Source: a virus (taxonomy: Duplodnaviria > Caudoviricetes). Taken from it: a stretch of DNA of 64,000 nt. Below are positions 1 through 10,800 of this stretch, piece after piece (within the stretch, counting starts at the first letter, position 1; each line of letters starts with the position of its first letter). The DNA lies in IMG/VR virus record IMGVR_UViG_3300001598_001658, positions 81,492-145,491 of that record; one strand, 5' to 3'. The translations under genes were made by a program, and so were the position numbers. The notes under the pieces were generated by a model that did not search any database, had not been told where the DNA came from, and saw only the letters and a program-made list of their open reading frames with translations.

Positions 1-1
1 A

Positions 2-2626
2 TCATTCACTACAATCAGTGATTTAAGAACAAATTTTGAAGAAAGCTTCGCTAAGAAACAACTCGGTGCAGCTATGAAAGATATTGTTGTAAAATCAATT
101 GATAATATTGAAAATAATAATGTCGAAGGCGTATTAGCTGATGAAAAAATTAGAAATATTGTAACTAATGGAATCGGTGAAATTGCAGATAAAGCATATA
201 CAAATGATGAACTTAATGGAAGTTCATATCTTGGTGGGCTTAAAGGAATCGTTAAAGAATTTGCAGGTATGGAAGCAAATTACCGTGAAGACCTTGCAAA
301 TGCTATTCTTTCCGTTGAATCAAACAAAGCTATTGCTGGTGGAAAAATTCAGGAACTTTTCTCAGTTGAAAATCTGAAGTTTACATCTCCTGAACTCAAT
401 AAACGTTTTATCGATGAAATCAATTTTAAATTTGGAAACGAAGCAGATGAAATTGTAACAGAAATCGGTAAAGATGTAGGTGCTGCAATTGCTGAAGCTG
501 AAGAAAAGAATGTAATTATCAATGAAACAAGTAAAGTTATTCAGGATCAGAAAGATGAAATTCGTGAAGAACTTTCAACAACTGAAGAAGATGAAGATGA
601 AGAAAATAAAAACGAATCAGAAAACGATGAAGAATTTGATGATTCGGAAGATAATGGTGAAGAACCTGAAAACAATGATGAAAATGAAACTTCTGAAGAA
701 GGATATGAAATGGGAACTGAACGATTAATCGGGTTAAATTCGGATGAACGTGCAGATGCTCTTAAATTCTTAGATTCTCAAAAAGGAAAAATTGAAAAGT
801 CATTTAAAGATTTTTATGCTAAACTTTCAAAGGAATATGATAAACTTCTTAATAATAAAGATGAAAAATATCATTTTAAACCTTATTTTGAGAATGAAAA
901 AGATTTCAGTGAAGAATTTAATGAACGATTAGATAAAATTTATAATGGTATTCATAATAAAAAAGGTTTATTTGGAAATAGTAGAAATTCATTCAAAATG
1001 AAACTTTGTAATATTCGCGGAATTAGTAATTCTAAATATATCATTTCTTGTCTTTTGGCATGTATTCCATACATCGGATGGATCGGAACATATGCAATTG
1101 TTCTTTCCGATGAAGATGAAAAGAAAGCAAATAAAGTTGTTAAGGAAACAGTTAATGCAGCATCATCTGTTATGGAAACAAAAATTTATATTCGTCAAGG
1201 TTTAAACGACGGTGAACATGTAACTTATGATTTATTCCTTAAAATAAAAATAAATCTCAAAAAATTCTGGCAAAAAGGTGGACTCGAAGATTATGATTCT
1301 GAAGTGCTCGATATCGAGAATAAACTCAACGATTCTCTTCAGACCGATATTGAAAACGGAAAAGTTATGATTGGAGAACCAGATATCAATCCGGACACCG
1401 GTGAGATTATCAATGTATCAGATCATACAGAGGAAGAAATTGTTGGTCACGAAGAACCTGATGCTGTACCGGATCAGATTACATCATCGAATCTCGATGA
1501 AACTCCTGATGCTATTGTTGACGATACTATTCAGACAGAAACTGATGTAGGAACTGAATCTAAAGAATATTTATCATATCTCTATGGTAATAATAATATT
1601 GCTAAAGTTGTTGTTCCACTTTCACCAACACGTCTTGATACTCTCGAAATTCCACAGGCAAAATCGCTCGCATCTATTTTTGCAAAAGGACATGAATCAC
1701 TTGATTCGCTCGAATCTGTTGTAACTGCACGTTTTGATATTCTTGAAGATATTGTAAAACGTGAAAATGATGAAGAACTTACACAAAAGTTCAATACATA
1801 TAAAGCAACAGCAACTGAAGCTTTTGAAAATGCTGCTCGCATTCAAAGTGCCTTTGGAGCCGTTGGTCTTACAGCAAAAGGACCAATTGATGCAGATTCT
1901 GCTTCAATCTATATTGCATCAAAAACTTACAAATATTTTGATGGTAATTTAAAGGTTAAAAACATTACTCCAAAGAAATCATTTGAATCTCTTACTGATG
2001 CAATCGATGCGGCTTTTGATATTGCTGTAGTAAAAGACACTGCACGTAAAGCAAAAAATAATGATGATCTTATTGCTCTCGCAAAAGATTTATCTGGTCG
2101 TGAAGATCTTTTCTGGAACAATGTTCTTGATCTTACAGAAAGCGCTGATAAGGATAAGATTAAAAATATCCCTCAGCTTGCTGATCTTGACATTGATACA
2201 AAAGCTCTTATTGAAGACACATATCTTGAAAATTTGAAGATTGCAATTGATACAGTAAAAGTTACACCACCTGGAAAAACTGAATCTGAAATCAATGAAG
2301 AAATCTACAGAAAATCAAAAGAAAAGATCGAGTCATTCCTCGGTAAAGACATCAATATAGAACAGGATGAAATCATTCGTGCTATTATTGATGGACGTGA
2401 TACAAGTGACTTCGCTCCTACACCATTTGAAAAATTTGTTATCAAATTCGGAACAGATAAAGTTCTTGAAAAAGATGGCGGAAAAGATTTTGAAATTGGT
2501 CAGGAATCTGCAAATGAAGTTAAAAATATGGCAATTGTATCTTGTGTTCTTAATCAGTTTGTAGATAAACTCAATCCAATGAATGAAACAGATACAAAAG
2601 AATTTAAAAAATATATTGGTGCATAA
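2..2626 (+). CDS. Large virion head/internal protein, 5'-partial (frame open from the window start)
   Basis: Frame has no stop from position 2 to TAA at 2626. Acidic linkers carry many [SAG]-x-E motifs (GYE, GTE, GLE, GHE, SLE, AFE, SFE, GQE), typical of protease-matured jumbo phage head proteins. Confidence 0.55.
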   Translation, partial: SFTTISDLRTNFEESFAKKQLGAAMKDIVVKSIDNIENNNVEGVLADEKIRNIVTNGIGEIADKAYTNDELNGSSYLGGLKGIVKEFAGMEANYREDLANAILSVESNKAIAGGKIQELFSVENLKFTSPELNKRFIDEINFKFGNEADEIVTEIGKDVGAAIAEAEEKNVIINETSKVIQDQKDEIREELSTTEEDEDEENKNESENDEEFDDSEDNGEEPENNDENETSEEGYEMGTERLIGLNSDERADALKFLDSQKGKIEKSFKDFYAKLSKEYDKLLNNKDEKYHFKPYFENEKDFSEEFNERLDKIYNGIHNKKGLFGNSRNSFKMKLCNIRGISNSKYIISCLLACIPYIGWIGTYAIVLSDEDEKKANKVVKETVNAASSVMETKIYIRQGLNDGEHVTYDLFLKIKINLKKFWQKGGLEDYDSEVLDIENKLNDSLQTDIENGKVMIGEPDINPDTGEIINVSDHTEEEIVGHEEPDAVPDQITSSNLDETPDAIVDDTIQTETDVGTESKEYLSYLYGNNNIAKVVVPLSPTRLDTLEIPQAKSLASIFAKGHESLDSLESVVTARFDILEDIVKRENDEELTQKFNTYKATATEAFENAARIQSAFGAVGLTAKGPIDADSASIYIASKTYKYFDGNLKVKNITPKKSFESLTDAIDAAFDIAVVKDTARKAKNNDDLIALAKDLSGREDLFWNNVLDLTESADKDKIKNIPQLADLDIDTKALIEDTYLENLKIAIDTVKVTPPGKTESEINEEIYRKSKEKIESFLGKDINIEQDEIIRAIIDGRDTSDFAPTPFEKFVIKFGTDKVLEKDGGKDFEIGQESANEVKNMAIVSCVLNQFVDKLNPMNETDTKEFKKYIGA

Positions 2627-2640
2627 TCAATAAAAAAAAT

Positions 2641-2674
2641 AATAAACACTACCCATTATAGGGTAGTGTTTATT
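2641..2674. terminator. Bidirectional intrinsic terminator
   Basis: AATAAACACTACCC-attata-GGGTAGTGTTTATT between convergent genes, with A- and T-tract flanks. Confidence 0.85.
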
Positions 2675-2684
2675 TTTAATGTTT

Positions 2685-4724
2685 TTAAATATAAATATTA
2701 TCTGTTTTTACATGATCAACCGTTACTTTGTTTCTATTCCAAGCAACAAAAGGTTTCATCAATAATGAATTATTAAAATTATAACCGATATTATGTAATG
2801 AAAAATTAGTTTTCATACTATCGCGAATAAGTGCAACGTAGTTATCGAATTTACGAGCCATATCGTATCTATCTGCGATAGATAAGTTACACATAGTAGC
2901 AATATATTCAGATAAACCGCCATTTGCACGTTTATATTTCCAGAATGCACCATTACCCAATGAAAGCATCATAACTGGAGACAAATCTTTTACAGTTACA
3001 GATACTTTAATAGAACGTGGGAAATTAAATTTAGTTCTATCATTTGCTCCGTCGCCACGAGTTACACTCATAGATTCAATGATACCCATATCGATAGAGA
3101 ATAATCCTTTTGAGAATACTTTGATGATAAATGGTGACATATAAGATGAATAACCAGTTTGTAATGGAGCGCTTAATACCATAAGAAGGAGATAAGGAAT
3201 ATAAACGTTTTCAAAAATAGAAACAGTATCGCCTGTAGGAGACCAGAATTTGAAATCTATAGAATAAGATCTAGAATATGATGAACCAGCCCATACCTCT
3301 GGAATAGCCATACGACCATCACCATTCATAATAGCACCTAATTCCGATCCATTAGACAATATCTCTTTTCCGACTTTTGCACCAACTTCGGTAACTACTT
3401 TATTTATGATTTCATCCACACTTTTAGCACCACCATTCATCAATGTATCTTTCATTCCTGAAACCATTGTCATAGATGAGCCAAAACCTTTTTTGTTAGC
3501 ACTATCTTCTGACATAGAATTGATTTCTCCGGCTATAGGATGTTCTTTGGTAGAGTTGCTAAATGTTTCTGAAATAGATATATTTGATTGACACAAATAA
3601 GGTAAATAACTCATACTTTCTATACTAGCGAAATGTGGGCTAAGACCTTTTCCGTTATTAAATGTGCTATGAGGAATCATATCGATAACGTCTAATCTAG
3701 GAAATGAACCTCTATATGAAGAAGCTAAATTAAGTTTAGCTTCTCTTAATGACGATGTGATAGATTGTAAAACTCTAGAATCTCCAAAATTACTATGAGT
3801 TCCATCTTCGCTCTGTTCAATAGATGCACCATCTCCAAATATTTCATTCTTTTCATTTTCTGGAATATTTTTAAATACTTCTTTTAATTCTTTATCCTTT
3901 TTAATTTCGGTTTTTATTTCATCGGATGTGCTACCTTTAACCAAATCAAAATTTAATCCTTCTATAAAATTTTCTTTAGTTAAATCAAGAAGTCCTAAAT
4001 TTGCTGCAAATTCTCTTAATAAATTATTTGCCATATTTCGATATAAAGGCATTGCATCTTTAAATGTTATAAATTTAGATACATCTCCAAAATTGGCACC
4101 GAATAAACCTAAAACACCTTCTATAGCTCCAAGTGTAACGTTTTTAATACTAACTAATCCAAGAGCTATTTTATTTTCAATACTATTATCTCCACCACTT
4201 CTAATATAATTATTCAAAACTTTATGATCTGCACCAAGACCTTTTGTGAAAAATGAAAGAATATTTGCATTTAATTTTTCTCTACCAGGTTTAAATGTTA
4301 AAATTGGAAAGTTTGCATAAATGTAAGTTAAATAAACTCTACCCATATGTGGATATGAAGGATTACTCCTTACATCATCTAATTCATTAAATTGCCAAGG
4401 TGGATTTATAACCGGACTTTCACCTACACGTAAAGAAATATCTTCACACGCTGAGTCTGAATCATTTTCTCGACTCCACATACCAAATGACAATTTATGT
4501 GTAATTCCGTCTCTTTTTGAAGATTCCATAAGATCCTCAACACGTTCGTTGATATCATTTATAGCGTCTAAACCTCCAGATGCTGCATAATTTTCATCTC
4601 TAAACGTCTTAAGAGGAATCGATAAAATATCTTGTTCTTTTATTTCATTTTTTATTTCTCGCGTAATATCGGATGCGAGATTTCTTAAACTCATTTCCTT
4701 TGAAATTATTGTATTCTTTGGCAT
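2685..4724 (-). CDS. Putative baseplate/tail-tube initiator structural protein
   Basis: 679 aa, next to the tape measure gene. C-terminal 'PEVWAGSSYSRSYSIDFKFWSP...GIIESMSVTRG...FPRSIKVSVTVKDL' resembles tail-tube-fold (gp48/54-like) domains. AAGGAG RBS; GACA-N6-TA promoter. Confidence 0.5.
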   Translation of the reverse strand: MPKNTIISKEMSLRNLASDITREIKNEIKEQDILSIPLKTFRDENYAASGGLDAINDINERVEDLMESSKRDGITHKLSFGMWSRENDSDSACEDISLRVGESPVINPPWQFNELDDVRSNPSYPHMGRVYLTYIYANFPILTFKPGREKLNANILSFFTKGLGADHKVLNNYIRSGGDNSIENKIALGLVSIKNVTLGAIEGVLGLFGANFGDVSKFITFKDAMPLYRNMANNLLREFAANLGLLDLTKENFIEGLNFDLVKGSTSDEIKTEIKKDKELKEVFKNIPENEKNEIFGDGASIEQSEDGTHSNFGDSRVLQSITSSLREAKLNLASSYRGSFPRLDVIDMIPHSTFNNGKGLSPHFASIESMSYLPYLCQSNISISETFSNSTKEHPIAGEINSMSEDSANKKGFGSSMTMVSGMKDTLMNGGAKSVDEIINKVVTEVGAKVGKEILSNGSELGAIMNGDGRMAIPEVWAGSSYSRSYSIDFKFWSPTGDTVSIFENVYIPYLLLMVLSAPLQTGYSSYMSPFIIKVFSKGLFSIDMGIIESMSVTRGDGANDRTKFNFPRSIKVSVTVKDLSPVMMLSLGNGAFWKYKRANGGLSEYIATMCNLSIADRYDMARKFDNYVALIRDSMKTNFSLHNIGYNFNNSLLMKPFVAWNRNKVTVDHVKTDNIYI

Positions 4725-4779
4725 AATAATGCTCCTTTATATCTTTTATATATTTATGTCATGTATAAAGAATAAAATA

Positions 4780-4809
4780 AACTAGACTCCTCATATGAGG
4801 AGTCTAGTT
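4780..4809. terminator. Perfect 30-bp palindrome, terminator after the tape measure gene
   Basis: AACTAGACTCCTCATATGAGGAGTCTAGTT; same 18-bp core as 53391-53420. Confidence 0.8.
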
Positions 4810-4814
4810 ATTAA

Positions 4815-7800
4815 TTATAAACCATTAGCAAGTTTATCAAACATGCCTTTGGTTATACTTGTAGAACTACCAGCTGTAGAGAATCCATTATTGTTACTTG
4901 CAATAATAGCTGCCCCAATACCAGCAATTCCAGCCATTAAATTTTTATAGAAAACCTCTTCGATCTGATTATGACGTTTAGTTTCATTTAATAATTCTCT
5001 CATTATTTCTACACCCTCAGAAGCTATATTATATAACTCATCAAATTTAGCAACAACAAGATTAGATGTAACTACGCCACTCTTTTCGGCAAGAGCATTT
5101 CCTTTTTCATTTAACTTAGAAACGGTTTCTTTTGCTTTATTCTTAACAGTCTTATAACCATTAAGAACAAGTGGATTAGAAATCTTAGCAGGTAATTTCT
5201 TGTAATCTATATTTGAAATATACTTACTTGCATTTGAAGCTACATTCTTTAAAGTAGATCTGAAATTAATAGCATCTGCTTGTTGTGTTTGTGCAACTGT
5301 AGCAGATCCACCTACTGGTGTATTAGGTAATTTGAAATTAGGATCTCCTAATTCAAAATGTGGTTTATCTGGCGTTGACCAGTATCCACCCCAATCGATT
5401 CCATATTCCTTTGCAATTGCACCAAGTTTATCATATCCAATATCTCCTGGTTCCAAGTCAACGGCAGAACCATTGAAATGGTTTGAAGCAAGAGTCCAAG
5501 TAATATAATCACCTGGTTTTTGGAATGATTTTGGCCAGAAATTAATACCATCTTTAAATCCTGCATATTTCATCAATTTGTCTGTTACCCAAGAAGGAGA
5601 TCTTCCTTTTGAATAATAAGCTAACTGAGTAGCAGGTGGTCTGTATGATTCACGAATAGAAACACCATGACCTTGAACTCTAGGATCTTTTAAGAATGCT
5701 TCGACTCTTTCGGCAAATACAGGGGAAAGAACCGATGTACTCTTTTGTTGTCCTAAAGCATTTTTATCAACAATATTTTTCTGGAGAGCAATTACATCAT
5801 TTACTCCGGTTTCATCATTGAATTTAGAACTTAATTCGAGTTCCATTTGTTTTCGTCTAGTGACAAATTCACCAATGGCATTAGCAGAACCTTTAATTTT
5901 ACTAAATATATTAGTGGCTCCAGATGCAACATTTTTTGATGCTCCTACTATTTTACTAGCAAGATTAGCTGCACCTTTAGCAAGCTTTCCACCAACAGCT
6001 TTGAGACCCGCTTTAAATCCTTTTTTCTGAGGTTTAATACCATTTCTTACAGCGGTCAATTTATCAAGAGCATTACTCTTAGATTCGTTTAATTTAGCAA
6101 GAGTATTCCATCCTGCAAAATATTTAGAATCAGTCATCTTTTTAAAATTAATACCGTCTGCTTGAAGTTCGTTTTCTTTATTAGTATCTTTATTGTCTCC
6201 AGTAATAGGTTTAGCTGTACCTTCAGCATTACTTACCGGATTAGGTTTTTCATTATTAGAGACAGATATTTTAGAAGAACCTGAAATATCAGTATTAATT
6301 TCATTATCCATTTTAGCATCCGGAAGATCAGGTTTAACAACAGTTTCTTCACTCTTAAGGTTTATTCCTTCTTTAGATAATTCCGCTGTACCTTCAGCAT
6401 TTTCTTTTGCTAAATTATTTTCATCTGTTTCTTTTTCTACAACAGCTGTTTCTTCATCATGTTTTTTGATTTCATCTTCTTCAGATTTACCTTTGCCTAA
6501 AGGACCAAGACCAGAGAGTTTATTTTTAGCCATATATGCTTTCGCAGCTTTCAAATATTCTTCTCTGAATTTAGCCTGATTATCTAATGCAGCTACATCA
6601 TCAGGATTGATTTTCTTGTCAACTTTACCACCATTAGCTTTAATCATTTCTTTATACATATCATCCAAAGGTTTATATACTTTCTCAAACCATGTTTTGA
6701 AACGTTCTATTGCACCTTTATCCTTTTTATCTTTCATAAAGCCAAGTATTGTAGCTCGTTTCTTATCTTGACCAAATACAATTTCAGTCCATGTCATAGT
6801 TTCGAATTCAACAAGTCTTCCATACTCAACTTCCATAATACTTGCACGTTGTTTATCGAACTCTTCAGCTGATTTCATCTGTTCTTTAGTAGCTTTAGAA
6901 CCAATGATTCCAAATACTAAATTAGCAATTGCATCAGGTGGAATTAATCCTAATGTTAAATTACCAGATATAGCTTTAGCTAAACCGGCAGTTATTCTCA
7001 TAGGCCATGTAGGTTTCATTCCTTTACCCATTTTAAAGTATCTAGGAGCTTCCGCCATACCTGTACCGATATCATAAACTAACTGTGCAACCATTACAGC
7101 CCAACCTACCCCGTTAGATATTTTAGCACAGAATGCTGTAATCTTACTAGATATTTTAGCTATTAATTTTGCTCCACCTTTAGTTAAGGATTTTTCCATC
7201 GATTTGATAAATGCTTTACTTACAGAATCTGCAGCTGCTTTACCACCAATTTTTGCGACAAGCTTAGGATCTTTAAATAGTTTAGCAACTAAACCTGAGA
7301 ATTTAGTAAATATTGCAGGAAGTTTACTTACACCCTTAGCAAATGTAGCAACATGTACTGCTTGATTTAATCCAAATCCTTTTCCAGCTTTTATATTTTT
7401 ATCTGTGATTTCATTACCATTGTTATCATAATTACCAGAGCCTCCGGCACCAAATAAACCAGAAACTTTTTCTCCAACAGAAGAATTTTTCCAATCTAAT
7501 TTTGTAGTTTTAAATTTATTAACAACTTGTTTTCCAAGCATAGCTGCACCTGCGGCAGCTGCACCAATAGTTGCAACGCCACCAGCGGTTTGTATCCCGG
7601 CTGCTATTTTACCACCAGCCGTTCCGAGTTTACTCCACTTAGATAAACTATTACCACCACCATCACCTTTTCCAACAGGCTTATTTTTTATATCCTCAAG
7701 TAATTCACCTTGTTTTTCAGAATTTTGATAATTAGCCATTAACAAACTACCAATATCCGGATTTGGCATAGCTGTTTCTTTTGCAGCAGCAGCTATAGTT

Positions 7801-10800
7801 TGAGGTGTACCTATTACAGCAGCAATGGAAGCAATATTATGTGCTAAATTATGTCTATCTTCTTTTTCTTCTTTAGTTTCTTTATCATTTTTCTGATCCT
7901 GATATGATCCTTCACTAGGAGCAGGTAATGCCAAAGTTCTATTATCCACATTAAGATTTTCTAATGTTCCGGAGAGTCTATCACCTATAGATTTTTTATC
8001 CCCAGCAGCAGCTTTTAAAGTTGCTTTTGGTGTTTTAGATACTTTAGATTTACTTTTATTTTCTTTACTCTTTATTTTTGTTACATCGGTTATTTTACCA
8101 TTTTCATTTATTTCTTGTTCAATGGCTTTTAATTCTTTGTAAGAATAAATCTCAAGAATATCATCTTCTGACATATTGAGCCGTGTAGTTAAATCACATC
8201 TATTAATTATATCTAATCCTTGTTTCTTATGGCGTCGTTTTACTCCACTTAAAGATCTTTTATTATCTTTTGAAGATTTTTTATTATCGACTTTCTCAAT
8301 TTTGATTCCGCCAATTTCATATACAGCATCTCGTACTTCTTCAATTTTTTCAATAATTTTTTTAACTGATTTAGAAGATATTTTTCCACCAGTTATTAAA
8401 TTACCTGTAGATTTTATAACACCTTTTCCGAAATCGAGCGCATGAGATACTAAACCTTTGGTTTTATCTTTTATATCAAGTCCTTTTTCTTTAGCTAAAT
8501 TAAGTAATTCTTCTCTAGATAAATTTTCTATTTTTTCTCTAGGTATTTCTAATTTTTTACTTATTTCATCTTTTAAAGTTTCTAAATCAGCTTTCTTACC
8601 AAACAAGATATCTTTACTTTTTGAAATAACTTTGCCTGTAAGAGTAGTAGCTGTTTTATCCCCCAAACCAATTGCGTCAAGTGCACTATTTACAAGACCA
8701 TTGGTTTTATTTGTTGTTTCGATACCATTCTCTTTAGCTAAATTAATCAAATCATCATGAGATAATTGTTTTAATTTTTTCAAACTAATTTTTGTTTTAT
8801 CATGTATCTTTTCTATCAGTGTATCGTCATCGATATCAGTCGTTTTACCAAATAAGAATTCATTGCCTTTAGTTAAAATATTTCCTGTTAATCCACTTAC
8901 GCCTTTTAAGCCTTTTTCAGCAAAATCTTTGACGTGTGTTAAAATTCCTTTTTCACGATCATTAACATCAATACCATTTTCTTTAGCCAATTTAATTAAA
9001 TCATCATACGACATTTCGTTCAATTCGCTTTTACTAATTTTCAATTTTTTACTTAATTGTTCAACGATTGGTTTGGTATCAACTATTTTCTTTTTACCAA
9101 ACAAAATATCTTTTCCTTTTCCAATAGTTCCAGATATAAGATTTTTACCTTTAGTAATTAAAGATTTTTCTTTTCTAATATCTTTAATCATCTTGATTAT
9201 TTGTTCTTTACTATATTTTTTACGAATATTTTCAATAGACATTCCAAGTCTTTCTTCAAGACCATATTTGATGATAAGATTCTCAACACTTTCTTTAGTC
9301 AAATCAAATTTATCCTTAATAAAATCAACACCTTTTTTGCCAGCATTGAGTGTACCTTTGCCTATATTTTTAGCTAAATCCAAACCTTTATCGAGAGTTG
9401 TAGCTGCAAATCCAAATACTTTTCCTGCCATATCTTTAGCTGTAGATCCTATTTTTCCAAAAAGACCAGATCCAACTACTCCAGGAATACCAATACCAAA
9501 ACCTATTTTTTCAGTATTATCAGCAATTCGATTTGTATTATTGTATATAGCCATTAAGATATCTTTATTAGTTTTAAATTCAACGTTTGCTTTTCTAGAA
9601 TCTGTTTTATTTTCATCTTTTTTATGATTAAATAATTTATCAATTATAGATTCAAAGAAGTTATTAGAATCTTTACCATTGAAGAATTCATATTCGCGAT
9701 CAACTCTTTCTTTTAATTTATTGAAGTTTTTAGGCAATTTAACTTCACCAGATGCAACGCTTCCAGCAGGATCGCTTTGGAAGAATGAGAGAGGCTTGCC
9801 TGTTATAACTTCTTTATATTCATTATTTGTAGTATATGTACCATCTTCATTTTTAACAGCATTATCATATTTATGATCAAAATAATAAGATTTTTCATCA
9901 CTGAGAGTTTTAACTTTATGTGATTTCATAAAATCTTTCTTTTCCTGTTCTATTTGACCAAGTAACGATTCGTCTGTTATTTTTTTATTTTCATTCCATC
10001 TTTCATCAAATTCAAAATGTGGTTGGTCATTTTTACCAGCCCATTTAATACCATATTTAGCAGCAATAGAAGCAATTTTTCCATATTTCATGTTTCCGTT
10101 AATAAGATCAATAGCCCTACCAGTCATATGATTTGAAGAAAGTGTTCTGGCAACAATACCATTTTCTCCCATTGCATTTTTAATGCTTTCAGGGAAATAT
10201 GTATCGTAATCGAGACCAGCATAAAACATCAGCTGTTTTGTTATCTTTGGATCTACGCGACCTTTAGAATATAAAGCAAACTGACGCAATGGAGAACGAA
10301 TAGAATCTTTAATTTGAATATTAGCGCCTTGTAATGCAGGATCAGCTAACATTTTATCTAAACGCAATTTAAATTCAGGATCAAGATGTTCCAAATGATC
10401 TTGACGATCTTTGAATTTATATCCTTCATGTGTGCTACTCTTAATTTTATTTGCAAATTCAAAAATAGCACTTTCATCACCAGAACTTAATAAAGCATCT
10501 ATTTCATCTTTTGTTTTAGGTTCTTTAATAAAAAGATTACCCGCCGATTTAGGACTATTAATAGCTGCTAAATTTTTATATTTTAAAATTCCGGTATTTC
10601 TTGAATTATCTTTTGTTTCTTTATTAAAAGATTTTAATTCCGATTTAGATTTATTTAAATTATCTAATAATTCTTTATGTACTTTAGCAATTTCATTTTC
10701 TTCATCTGATCTTTCATCTTTATTATCTGAAAATAAACGTTTTCCATCTTCAGTATATTTATCAGAATTATCTTTATAAAATTGCTTTAATTTTTCTTCA

